A DNA stretch of 64,000 bases. It comes from Octopus vulgaris. Lineage: Eukaryota. This document shows, piece by piece, positions 1 through 12,427 of this stretch. A program made the translations under genes and the position numbers. The notes beneath the pieces were generated by a model that saw nothing but the letters and a program-made list of their open reading frames with translations, was not told where the DNA came from and did no database searches. Positions within the stretch are counted from its first letter, which is position 1. Every line of letters starts with the position of its first letter. The stretch covers positions 101,928,001-101,992,000 of the forward strand of contig OX597820.1 of assembly GCA_951406725.2 (NCBI GenBank). Reading direction: 5' to 3'.

Positions 1-301
1 AATTCCATGAATAGAGAACTTATAAATAGATTAATTTTTAAAATTATTGAACAAAAATATCATCTATAAACATAAGGTTTCTTCTTGAAGAAAGAATCCA
101 ACAGGACAATCTATACATAGCTCACTGCAGCTTATTTTATTGTCTCTAAGAATAGAAAAGACAAGATCGAGTAGACTATCAGAATAGCTATAAACCACTA
201 GAAGTGGGCTAACCTCTGACAGGAGGACAAAAGCATGTGATTGATAGCATGCAGCAGCTTGTGAAAATAAACGTCATCTGGTTTAGACAAGGCTGTGTAC
301 A

Positions 302-335
<34 letters not shown>

Positions 336-2691
336 AGGGAAAGAGAAACAAGCAGAAAGAGTTACTATGAGGATGTTAGAAACATAAAAAAATGAAAAAT
401 GAGAAAGAATATATATATATATATAGTGGTCGTATACTGTCAACTGAATGTGACAGTCCCCGTAAGGGAATTACAACACCGCCATTTAGCCCTAGGAAAC
501 ATCCACGTTGCCTGTCGGCTTTGACACATTTTCTGTGTCCTTATATTTGCAAAGGGGAGGCAATCACCCACCCCGCAAGCTGGATACACACACACACACA
601 CAACCATATATTTTCCACTGTGCAGCACCTTGGACAATTGTCTTCTATAGTCTTGACCTAATGAAAGCTTTGCCAGTAGATTTGGTAGATGGAAATTGAA
701 ACAAGCTCATCATATATGCATATATGTATGTGTGAGTGTATATATATATAAATATAAAGATGAGAATGTGAGTGTGTTTGCTTGCTGGTTTGTAAACAAT
801 GGTTTCACTAACATAGTCATTTGGTTCCTGGTTCTCCAAGTAAACATACCCAGGCTGTTTGTCTGATAAACAGGTGGATTATTACCTCACTTGGAAACAA
901 GTGGGGAACTGGCAACAGGAAAGGCATCTCACCATAAAAAATTCTACTCCAACAGACTCTTGTCATACACGTACAAGCATGGAAAATAAGATATTAAATC
1001 ATAATGTTGATGTATATTGGTGCACACACACACACACGTGTTGGTGCCATGTAAAAAGCGCCCAGTACTCTCTGCAAAGTGGTTGGCATTAGTAAAGCCA
1101 TCCAACCATAGAAACTATGTCAAAACAGACAGATTGGAGCCTGGGCAACTCCCTGGCTGGTCAGCTCCTATCAAACCATCCAGTTCATGCCAGCATGGAG
1201 AATGACTTATGATGATGATTCATATGTGTGTGTGTCTTTGTGTATCTTTGTATCTCCTAGTTTTTGTATTATATACTAGTTGTAAGCGAGTCTCACCATC
1301 ATACAAGCAGTGTCATTCATTTCCAATCTTTTGTGAAAACATTTCTTGTCATGAGGAAATATTACCTTGCTTGGAGACAAGAGAGGATTGCCAACAGAAA
1401 GGGCATATAGGGCTGCAGAAAATCTGTCACAACAAATTCCACTTGACATTCCCCCACTCCATGCAAGCAGAGAAATGTGGATGATGAAATAACAATGATG
1501 AAGATTAATTACGCTGATGAGTTTGAAACAGCAACAGAAAGAATGCATTCAAGAAAGAGAACACATTCTTGAAGTAAGTAACTCCTTCCCTATTACTATT
1601 AAAAAAAATAGGGTAAAGACCCCCTTCGGTCATGAATGTCCATTGGATTGCACCTAGAGAGTTATCCTCCGAGGCACAAGTCCAGGCAAGGTTGGTTATG
1701 GAAGACCAGCAGTCACCTATGCATACCAGCTTCCCCTCTCCACGCTGCTGATGTCCAAGGGAAAGGAAAAGTCCGCTATTTGCACCTCATTTCTATAGCT
1801 AAGAACAAAAAGGGTGGGGAGCTGTTTTCAATAAAATTAATGAAGCTATTTAATTTTGCTAGTTAGAGTACTCGATCGAAAAACCTCTATAGAATCAAAA
1901 TCTACTCTTTATTGACATTTTGAACTATTGAGAACTAATTTCAGTTCTCTTGCTATAGAACTCACCCACACTAAATCAGCATTATACAAAATTGGAAGAA
2001 GTAAAAAAAAATGCTACCACTGTTAAAATTTATCTGAGCCTTTGTCTTCCTAAAAGTGAATTCCTGAATTGAATATGATTCCCTGTTAAATATGACAAGT
2101 CATTTATACAACTTCTCCAATGTCATTCTTATTACCAATTATATGCTTTCCAGAGTTGACTCATCTAATAACCTTTTTCCGTGTTGGCACTGGGAGGTAA
2201 AATTACCAAATTGCCTTAAAGCAACTGGTAAAAATTATGTTTTAACCAATGTTGTCCAGAAATTGTCATGATTGATGAATCAAATGAGAATATTTGATTA
2301 AAGGGTGTTTTGTATCTTTTCTCAGTGACAGTGAGAAATTGAATTTGTAGGACAGTGAAATTTCCCAATGGCGAAATGGATAGGAATTAATTAATAATAA
2401 ATGGAAGGAAAAGAAAACAGCAGAGTGACAGGCTTCAGAGGAGTGTGCTGCCACTGTGATTAACATTTTCCTATCACTTTACATTTTGGGTTTAGCTTTC
2501 AGAGTTGAGATCTATACCTATAAACTTGATGAAGTAAGTACCTGTCATACATTAGGGTTAATACAACATCTCTGTCTCCTCATTATCTTCTATCATCACT
2601 GTCATAGGGGGTTTAATTCTAGTAAAAGACATTCAACTGAAAAATGTAATGCCTAAGCATTACAAAAGAATGTAGAAGCTGCTGATAAAAT

Positions 2692-2908
2692 ATTCTTTTC
2701 TACTCTAGGCACAAGGCCCAAAATTTTGGGAGGGGGGGGGCCAGTCGATTAGATCGATTCCAATACGCAACTAGTACTTAATTTATCGACCCTGAAAAGA
2801 TGAAAAGCAAAGTCGACCTCAGCGGAATTTGAACTCAGAACGTAAAGACAGACGAAATTCCGCAAAGCATTTCGCCCGGCATGCTAACGTTTCTGCCAGC
2901 TTGCCACC
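2692..2908 (-). mobile_element. SINE family B
   Basis: Reverse complement of the family B head and central domain. Confidence 0.85.
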
Positions 2909-4491
2909 TTGCTGCTGACAAAAGAAATTAAGATGGCTCTGGTTGAAAGAGGTGCATGAGTGAGATAAATAGAATACCACTTTGACACAGTCAAAGTCAG
3001 GTTGCATGAATGAAGGTGTATGTTGTAAGATCAAAAACACCCAGTGACTCCAGGATATAACATTAACAATATTTATATAACTATCGGGCAGTGGGGTTAC
3101 CGATTTAGGGTCCAGTGTGAATCATCAGAATAAAAATACCAATTGGAACCCCATCTCTGTGACATCATCATTATCCTCATTGACACCATGGCTTTTACAT
3201 CTGCTTTTTCCATACCAGCACTAGTTGGACAAAATTTCTTGAGGCAGTGTTCTACCTTTAGATACTATCCTCCTGACACTAATCCTTGTTTTTCAAGTAA
3301 GATATTTATTCCATTCCTTTGCATGTTGAACCATTGCCAGGCATTTTATTTATGGAAGTCATAAACACATCTTCACTGCTGAAACAGTGCCAATGCAAAG
3401 AAACATGGAGCTCAAAAAAACATACACAAGTAGGATGGATTTCCATATAGTTTCCATCTACAATTGTACTCACAAAGCATTGGTCAACCCATGGCTACCA
3501 TGGAACATACTTGCCCAAGGTGCTAAACAGTGAGACAGAACCCTAAACCATGTGGTTACAAAGCAAACTTCTAAGCCACACATTCATTCCTCTACCTTAG
3601 TTTTTGGTGTTTCCGTCTTTTGATACAACTTACCATATTCGTGCTGGCAATAAGAATGACCAGAAATAGTGCTGCAGCCAGCAGACCTCAACCTTGATTT
3701 CCTTTGGTAGCTTTTGGAGAAAATTGGTGACCCAACACTGAATGAGTCAAATATGGGAGTTACACCTTTAACTATTTTGTTTGTGCATGTATGTGGGAAC
3801 TGACCAAAGGCTTCATACTGAAAGTGAATGTTGGAAACTATGATGAACTGCAGCTGTAAACCAAAGAGCCAAACTTGTCAAATTGTGTCATGCTTATTAT
3901 GGCTGTAAATTATGCTAACGGCACAAGTTGGCTGTAGAATACTCATCCATCTACACTGCGATTCAATTAGGAAGCGCCATTGATTGAACAATTGGAATTA
4001 CTCATAACTGAAATCAACACAAGATCATTCTAGTCATATCGCAACATTATTGTCATCAACATTGTTTAAATGTCCACTTTTCCATACTTGTAGGGGCCAG
4101 GCAGAATTTGTTGAGACATTTTCTATGGTTAGATGCTCTTGTCACCAATCCTCACCTGCTTCCAAGCAAGGTAATATTTCCCTAAGGCTGGACAAGTTTT
4201 CACAGAAGATTAGAAACAAGGGACACCATTTGTATGGTTGTGACACTCGTTTACAACTATCTCTTGATGTTAAGATGAGGAAGCACAAAGATAACGTATT
4301 GTTATATTTGTTTCAGTCATTAGACTGCAGCTATGCTAGGGTACCGTCTTGAAGAATTTTTAGCCGAATGAACTGACCCCAACACTGACTTTTCCTTTTA
4401 AGTCTGGTGCTTAATTTATCGGTCTCTTTTACCAAACCACTAAGTTGCAAGGACGTGAACACACCAACACCAGTTGTCAAGTGGTGGTGGA

Positions 4492-4722
4492 GGGCTGCGA
4501 GCTGGCAGAAACGTTAGCACGCCGGGCAAAATGCTTAGCGGTATTTCGTCTGCCGTTACAGTCTGAGTTCAAATTCCGCCTAGGTCGACTTTGCCTTTCA
4601 TCCTTTCGGGGTCGATTAAGTAAGTACCATTTACGCACTGGGGTCGATGTAATCGAATTAATCCGTTTGTCTGTCCTTGTTTGTCCCCTCTGTATTTAGC
4701 CCCTTGTGGGTAGTAAAGAAAT
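4492..4722 (+). mobile_element. SINE family B (tRNA head + Meta/MESC-like central domain) nested in a minus-strand family A copy (~4300-4890)
   Basis: GAGCTGGCAGAAACGTTAGC..GAGTTCAAATTCC head; GCCTTTCATCCTTTCGGGGTCGAT..AGTACC domain. Confidence 0.85.
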
Positions 4723-5100
4723 GGGTGGTGGAGGGACAAACACAGACAGTTTCCGTCTACCAAATCCGCACACAAGGCTTTGGATGGCCTGAGGTTAAAG
4801 TAGAAGACACTTGCCCAAAGTGAAATGCAGTGAAACTGAACCCAGAAGAAACATGTGGTTGGGGAGCAAGCCTCTTATCACAGAGTCACATGCATAATAA
4901 CCTTACAACTTCAAAACTCCCTTATGGCTATTGGCTACCACATACACACATATATAAGTTTGTGTTTCCTCATCTTGGTATCAAATGATAGTTATAAAGT
5001 GTCATGCAGTAGAATTATACATGAAGTAGGAATATTTTTGTATAGAATTAAAAAAATTATTTATACATATGGAAAAACAAGATTACGTTAAGAAAAGGGT

Positions 5101-5503
5101 ACTCTCTTTTACTTGTTTCAGTCATTTGACTGTGGCCATGCTGGAGCACCGCCTTTAGTCGAGCTAATCGATCCCAGGACTTATTCTTTGGAAGCCTAGT
5201 ACTTATTCTATCGGTCTATTTTGCTGAACCGCTAAGTTACGGGGACATAAACACACCACCATCGGTTGTCAAGCAATGTCGGGGGGGAGAAACACAGAGA
5301 CACAAACATATACACACTCATAAATACATATACATATATACGACGGGCTTCTTTCAGTTTCCGTCTACCAAATCCACTCACAAGGCCTTGGTCGGCCCGA
5401 GGCTATAGTAGAAGACACTTGCCCAAGATGCCATGCAGTGGGAATGAACCCGGAACCATGTGGTTTGTAAGCAAGCTACTTACCACACAGCCACTCCTGC
5501 GCC
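5101..5503 (-). mobile_element. SINE family A (tRNA-derived head, internal (TA)/(TG) microsatellite), full length
   Basis: Head GGCGCAGGAGTGGCTGTGTGGTAAG..GGTTC, tail GACTGAAACAAGTAAAAGAG; many copies in the window. Confidence 0.9.
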
Positions 5504-7108
5504 TAGATAAAAGTTTTATTGTTGTATGGGGAGACCTAGTGAAATTTTCAAAATATACAGTGATCTCTAGATTGCAAATGAGAAATGTTTTAAGGAGGGA
5601 TTAGTCTAAATTTAAAGGTGAAGGTTAATTCACAATTTTACATATTGTGAGTTGGTTGTCACTTATTATTTCATTAGGAAGTTGGTATTGATTTCTACTT
5701 GTTGAATGATAACTGTCTTTTGGTTTATGACAGTGATAGAGTTAAGATATAATGGTGTTAAGACAGTGGTGGCGATGATGGGTGGTTTATCTGCCACTAA
5801 TGATATAAACAAGAGTGTTTATGTGCACCTAAAGCCCATATGAGAGGTTATCTCAAGGTAACCATCACAGTATCCTGTGTTCTAACACTACATCCACTTT
5901 TAATTGGGAGTAAATATTACCTTTCAGTATTAATTCTGCTTCTGTGGTTAATTAATAATTATTTTTTAATAAATGAGTACTTTTGTTATTTTCGTTGAAG
6001 CACGTGGTGTTTATTTTAAATGAAGAATATTTTTGTAACAATTTGTTTGTTTTAGTAATTCTAAAAATATTTATAGGTTTTCAGTGAAAATATTACGTTA
6101 AATACCTTCCATAATGTTTATTAAGTTACAAGTTTACTTAGAAAATTGTTCTTAAGTCATAGGCAATTGGAGTCTCATGATTAAATTGTAAGTTAATCAG
6201 TTTGGTTGTTTTATTTATGTTAGTAATTTGTTATGGTTTGGAAATTTTTGTCATATTTCTATAATTTTATTTTCTTTATGTTTTTTTTTTTTTTCATATA
6301 AGGAATTTATTTGGTTGACTTAATTTTAATTAATATTTAATAGATATTGATCTATGCAAGTCTATTTCTATGTCACATGGTTTGAGAACATTGATTCAAA
6401 AATAGTTTTGCTAGTTTACATTTGGCGTGTCTTGGGTGTACTTTTCTGTTTGGAATGTGTCATGGAGTGGGAAGCAGCATATCCATTAATTAATTAATCT
6501 ATATCTTTGAAGTTCTAGGTTAGTAATGCCTTAGGTTGTTATTATTTTTCAAGTTATGTATCAGTGGTTCAGTAAATTTTGCTTAGTACATTTAGTTTGC
6601 TAGTTCTATCTTATTCTCTAGTATTTGAAGTAGCACTGTTCTCTTTGGAACATATTTCTTTGTTTTATAGATACTACTTTTAAATTTTTATGCATAGTAG
6701 CTACAGGTTTAATACAATTTTGTTTATATTTGATGTTAGCACTGCAATAATAAGCACATATAGACGAAATGGACATGTAACTCTAATGTTTCCCTCCTGC
6801 TACTCATCTATTGGTTTCCATGTAGTGTTTGTTTTTAATGTTGTTGAAACAGGCTGATTGAACAGTAGTCAAAATCATAGTGATATTCATTAGGCAGCTG
6901 ATGATGGAAATATATGTTTGACAGGCTTGTTGCCTTGAATCTTTTATATCTTGGGGTCTAGTTATTCTGAGTTGTCCTTATAGGTAGGGTTGAACTTGTT
7001 AAAAGGTTTTTGTTTTATGGTGGTTTTGTTGCTTGTATTATTACATATATTAATATTGTATGATTGTTTTCATCGGTAATCTTATTATGCTAGGATAATA
7101 ATTAGAGG

Positions 7109-7446
7109 ATACATCTTCTTCGTTGTTAGCACGTTTTGGCTGATATACCCTCCAGCTTTCATCAGGTGTCTAGGGGAAATTTCAAACCTGGGTTCTCATT
7201 CCTAAGGTATTTTTTGATGTTATTATTATTATTATTATTATTGTTATTATTCAGGTCACTGTCTGGAATCGAATTCGGAATCTTGGGGTTAGTAGCCCGC
7301 GCTCTTAACCACAACATCATATGCCCATGGGCATGTGGCATTGTGGTTAAGAGACACCTGATGAAGGCTAGAGGGTATATCAGCTGAAACATTGTGTTAA
7401 CAACAAACAAGATGAGGACAAATATCCGTCAAATGTAAATAACATA
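7109..7446 (-). mobile_element. tRNA-headed short element with hammerhead ribozyme and inverted terminal copy (Penelope-type structure)
   Basis: 12-bp flanking duplication AATAATTAGAGG (7097-7108 / 7447-7458). Minus strand from 7326 reads tRNA-like A/B-box head, (AAT)n, then ACAC-CTGATGA-stem-(G>A)AAAC. An inverted hammerhead copy lies at 7354-7397 (+). Confidence 0.7.
7354..7397 (+). ncRNA. minimal type I hammerhead ribozyme (decayed)
   Basis: ACAC CTGATGA A GGCT..AGCT GAAA CATT GTGT. Stem I acac/gtgt; stem III is mutated relative to the palindromic ACGT seen in the other arm. Confidence 0.65.
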
Positions 7447-7646
7447 AATAATTAGAGGTTTCTAACTTTGGGAGGTTCTTTGGGATATATGTAAATATGC
7501 AGGTTTGGCCTCCTTTAGTTTCTGTCTATCAAATCTACTCACAAGGTTTTTGATGGCCAAGGATTATAGTAGATACACTCACCAAAGGTTCCATGTGGTG
7601 GGACTAAACTCGAAACTACATAGTTGGGAAGCAAATTTCTCAACCA

Positions 7647-7853
7647 CACTCTTTTATTTGTTTCAGTCATTTGACTGTGGCCATGCTGGAGCACCGTCTT
7701 TAGTCGAGCAAATCGACCCCATGACTTATTCTTTGGAAGCCTAGTACTTATTCTATCAGTCTCTCTTGCCAAACCACTAAGTTACGGAGACGTAAACACA
7801 CCAGCATCAGTTGTCAAGTGATGTTGGGGGGACAAACACAGGCACACAAACAT

Positions 7854-7898
<45 letters not shown>

Positions 7899-8055
7899 AT
7901 GGGCTTCTTTCAGTTTCTGTCTACCAAATCCACTCAAAAGGCTTTGGTCGGCCTGAGGCTATAGTAGAAGACACTTGCCCAAGGTGCCACGCAGTGGGAC
8001 TGAACCTGGAACCATGTGGTTCGTAAGCAAGCTACTTACCACACAGCCACTCCTA
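7647..8055 (-). mobile_element. SINE family A
   Basis: Same consensus as 5101-5503. Confidence 0.9.
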
Positions 8056-8582
8056 CATATATGTTTGTACATATGTATGTTTTAACTTTTAATATTTCAT
8101 TCTGCTAAAGATTTTCAATGCAAAAAAGCCCAGTTCTGTAATAATTCTGTTAAAGGATAGGAATAAATGACAGAAGAGATTAGAATTATCATCTTTACAT
8201 TACAGAGTTCCCTATTTCCTCCAAAATGAATGTAATCAGGGTTAGTATGATTCTTATGATATCATCTGTTTCAGGAATGGCTGAACCTACAGTCTTGAGC
8301 AGGAAGTTATGAGTTACACAAACAAGTTTTATTTGGACTGGATTGAAACAAAACTGATTTTAAAATGGTGTTGTAATTTCATCCATTTTTGGTGAGATTT
8401 GTTTTTTTGATATGCCCAGATCTTTTGAATTTGACCCTTTTGATACTAAACCACTGAACACTGCCCCTAGCTCTATGATAAAAACTTCCCGTTTTAAAGT
8501 GATGTAAATTAAAACTGTCCCTCAGAATTTCAAGTTGGTTCCGTTTCCAAACACTAGTTTGATGAGGATAAAATTAATTTAA

Positions 8583-8930
8583 TTGCAGCGTGGAATGTGT
8601 TTGTAAGCCATTTAAGAAACACACAAAAGCCGTTCGATTCACTTCAACATTTTAAGTTTAATTTGTCAAAATATTTTCGTCGCTAAAATCCGCGACCTGT
8701 TCACTGACAAAAATCCGTGCTGCATCTCGGATTTTGCACGGATTTTTGTCAGTGAACAGGTCGCGGATTTTAGCGACGAAAATATTTTGACAAATTAAAC
8801 TTAAATGTTGAAGTGAATTGAACGGCTTTTGTGTGTTTCTTAAATGGCTTACAAACACCTTCCACGCTGCAAATGTTTTCATTCCAGCACACGATCTCAG
8901 ATCAAATCACTTGCTATGCGAGTACATCTC
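8583..8930. mobile_element. fold-back element, ~137-bp near-perfect inverted arms (8583-8720 / 8736-8872) plus unpaired tail
   Basis: About 3 differences between arms and a 15-nt loop. Inserted in a TTAA-type MITE with a taaa(a/g)ttaattt duplication at the edges. Confidence 0.85.
8745..8794 (+). ncRNA. hammerhead-like ribozyme with variant core GUGAACA (G3-C8); identical copy on minus strand at 8662-8711
   Basis: TTTGTCA GTGAACA G GTCGC ggatttta GCGAC GAAA ATAT T T TGACAAA: 7-bp stem I, 5-bp stem II, palindromic stem III. Confidence 0.6.
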
Positions 8931-9807
8931 TGTAAAGTTAATTTACTGAATTATAAATTTGTTTCTTCAACAGAGATATGATAACAAAAGAGTTAATTGT
9001 AATGTTTTGTTTGTTTTGCTATCTATGGGTGTGGTGCATTTTCTGTGTTGGCTGTAATTATGTTGGGAACATTGTTACAGGCAGTCCTACAATAAAATTC
9101 TTAATAAATCATTTTTGGTTCTGGATCCAGCAGAGCTAACAATGTCAATAGACAAAACAGATTATATTACTAGTGATCTGGCATCAAATTTTGTATATTT
9201 AGTTCTAATTTTTTAATACTGAATGCTCACAATATATTTAAATATATTTTTTCTCTCTTTTTTATTGTGATATCATCCAAGTACTATGTGAAAGCTACTG
9301 AGATACTTCAGAAATAATTTTTTGGAGTGCGTGTGTGTGTGTGTGTATTTGTGTTTGGGTGTGGTTGAGAATGTGGATTTGCTGGGTGGGATGTCAGGAT
9401 GTTAATGTCATTTAGTGTTCTTGAAGAGTGCAGTGAGTAATGGTAAATTTATTCATTTCTTTATTCACTGCACAGTTAATGTGTTTTCACTGGAGCCATT
9501 CCCTTCTTTTACTGGGTTTTAATCATATGCAGAGGCATAGCCTTCAAAGGTATTTAGTACTTATTTCTTGTAAGATATGAAAATGGTTCGTGGACATTGG
9601 CATGAGTGGAGATTGCTGAGTTTGAAGGTACTGTTTTACAACAAATACACATATGAATATGTGCATACACACATATATACATACATATTTTATATTCTTT
9701 TACTTGTTTCAGTCATTTGACAGCAGCCATGGTGGAGCACTGTCTTGAAGGGTTCTTGTCAAACAAACTGACCTCAGGGCTTATATTTTATGCCTAATAC
9801 TTGCTGC

Positions 9808-10125
9808 CCTAAACAAAATCATAAAGCATGGCCTAGACACTGCTGGCTTTCCTTCTCTGCTTGAGCTTCAGAGGATAAAGGACCTGATGGTATGACAAGC
9901 CCAGGTTCTGCTGCTCATCAGGCTGAGAAGAACAAACTATCAAAATGTCAGTCGCTTACTGACAGGTTTATGGTTGAGCCAGTGATAGTGGAGACCTCCA
10001 GCATTCTTGCCCCCAGATCATACGCATGCTCACTGCTTTCAGGGTGGAGATGATTATCTGTAAGTGCAAGCCCTGTGAGTCAGAGTGGCTGTTCCAGCAC
10101 ATCTCCTTCACTGTCCACCACCTTT
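9808..10125 (+). mobile_element. degenerate CRE-type (restriction-like endonuclease) LINE fragment
   Basis: Remnant translations LNKIIKHGLDTAGFPSLLE, KGPDGMT, PGSAAHQAEKNKLSK..FMVEPVIVET and ESEWLFQHISF match the RLE C-terminal motif order. Confidence 0.65.
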
Positions 10126-10662
10126 TCCATTTTGTCTGCTGGGACCAAAAGATGGTCTGAATTATAGGAAATTGAAAGAATGAAAGACATTTTTAGCATT
10201 CTACCCACAGTTGGTCTGTATATGAATACTGTCTTTGTGTTTATACCCTATATTATTAGATTCCAGTTGTTCTGTTAAGACATAATACTTCAATGGGTAG
10301 AATATGGGGTCATAAAATTATAAGAGAAAGCAAAGAATGGAGTTTATGTAAATAAAATAGTAGTTAATTGGTTAATTGACTATTAATCACCAGCGAAATT
10401 CAAACTCAGAAAGTAGGACATAACTAAATAGTGAAACTCATTTTAGGTGCATACTCTTACAAATGTTACTTTTGGACATGAGAAAAGAAACATGGAGGAA
10501 GAATTTGTACATATATTATAATTAATCAGATTCTATCAGAGATTGGATTCCTGTATCAGGAAATAATATAATATATGGAGATAGAGCAGTGGACTTAGAA
10601 TAAAGCACTTTTTCCACTGAAATACAGCAATTCAGTAGTTCAGAAAATCAACTTGAACATAT

Positions 10663-11065
10663 AGGTGCAGGCATGGCTATGTAGTTAAGAAGCTCACTTT
10701 TTATCCATGAGGTTTGGGGTTCAGTCCTACAGTGCTGTACCATGAGCAGGTGTCTTCTACTATAACTCTGGGCTGATTAATGACTTGTGAATGAATTTGG
10801 CAGATGGAAACTGTGTGGAAGCTTGTTGCACATATGTACATGTGTACGTGTATGTCTTTGTGTTTGCCTGAACCACCACTACTACTTGACAACCGATATT
10901 GGTTTGTTTACATCCCCATAAAGTAGCAGTTTTGCAAAAGAGGCCTACAGAATAAGAAGGGCAAAATATTCCAAAGAGTAAATATTGGGATTGATTTGTT
11001 TGACTTAACACTTGATGGCAGTGCCCCAGCATGGCCGCAGGCCAATAACTAAAACGGGTCAAAGA
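10663..11065 (+). mobile_element. SINE family A, old diverged copy
   Basis: Colinear with the family A consensus. Confidence 0.75.
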
Positions 11066-11517
11066 ACAACAGCTAAAAGCAGATATTATGATTTTCATTT
11101 CTTGTTAACTCCATCAACATTATTACCAGTAACACAACCATCACCACTACCCAAGCCATCAATGCAAAAGCACAAATTAATACAGAAATGACAGAAGATA
11201 AAAACAACCAGCAAAGGAGCTTCTAATTCTCCTACAGAAATTCATTGTATGACAGGAGATTTCTTGTTTTAAATCCTGGATGGTAGCTCAACACACCCTC
11301 TTAGCAAATTACTCAGACTTATCACTGGGGTAATATTACGCTTGTGGAATTGAAGCATGCTGTTTAAATAGACAATAAGATACATGATGAAGATTTCACT
11401 TCAATGTAAGAATTGGTTGTTGAGTATAAAATCCACTAATTTACTATCTATCTATGCCATGTTAGACCACTGAACTGAAGACGTTTTTGTTCATTCTCTT
11501 TCTATTTCTTCTTATCC

Positions 11518-11553
11518 CTTTCTGATGAAGAGCATAGGCTCAAAACATAAAAG
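11518..11553 (+). ncRNA. decayed minimal type I hammerhead ribozyme (Penelope-like terminal repeat remnant)
   Basis: CTTT CTGATGA A GAGC atag GCTC AAAA CATA AAAG. Two CpG-type G>A changes from GAAACGTA. Followed by a ~90-nt tail ending in (TA)n. Confidence 0.6.
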
Positions 11554-11716
11554 ACTCTTCCATTTTTCTCGAGCATCAAATTAAGACGCTTGTTGTTCCT
11601 ACACCTGTCTTCATCTTTGTTTTTCTATAAATTTGAACTATATATATATATATATATATACATATATATAATTATAATAATAATGATAATAATAATAATA
11701 AATAATAATAATAATA

Positions 11717-12427
11717 AAGGTGACAACAAAAGAATAAAACCTTAATATTAGGAAAATAGAAGATATTTATATATGTACAGTTTAGGACAATCAGTAAGTT
11801 GTCACAAGAGTACTCAGTGTTTCAAATGCCAGAGCTAAGAGCTACAATGCATTCTCATCAGTTATTAATGACAAAAGACACTATAAAAAAAAAAAAAACT
11901 GATGAATAAAAGGGAAGTTACTCTAATTGGTAGGAAAAAATATAAAAGATAAAAATACACGCAACTTGTTATGGTTTGGGGGCCCCAAGATCACGGATAG
12001 AATCTGCATTTTTACTGTGTTCCTGCACAACCTTTCCATATGTCTTAACATTTTTTATTGTTTTATATATATTTTTTTCATTTTTCTTTTTTAATCGTGT
12101 GATTGTGCAAGTGAGTATATGTATGTATGCATATATTAAATGTGCATGAGTGTGCTAGTATATATATGTGTGATTGTATGTACATGAGTGTAGGACTGCG
12201 TCCAGTGCGTAAGTGTGACTTTCATGTACATGTCCCCCTTCTTTTATATGGATATTTTTATCTTTTATATTTTTCCTACCAATTAGAGTAACTTCCCTTT
12301 TATTCAATTTTTTTTTTTTTATAGCGTCTATTGCCATTAATAGCCAATGAGAATACATCATAGCTCTTAGCTCTGGCATTTGAAATTGAGTACTATTATG
12401 ACAACTGATTGTCCTAAACTATACATA
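11717..12427. mobile_element. fold-back Penelope-like remnant, arms 11772-11957 / 12253-12427, each with a degenerate hammerhead
   Basis: ~180-bp diverged inverted arms. Minus arm has CTGATGA GAATGC..GCATTT GAAAC..GTA; plus arm keeps stem I AATAG/CTATT. Confidence 0.7.

Noticed and set aside
3628-3745. Possible next TP53I11 exon (GTAAGT donor; LGH or KLPK in translation)
   Set aside because: The motifs are in different frames, one frame has a stop, and there is no convincing match to the expected ISQxLG segment.
7252-7326. Functional tRNA gene (also the SINE heads)
   Set aside because: No proper acceptor stem; embedded in mobile elements.
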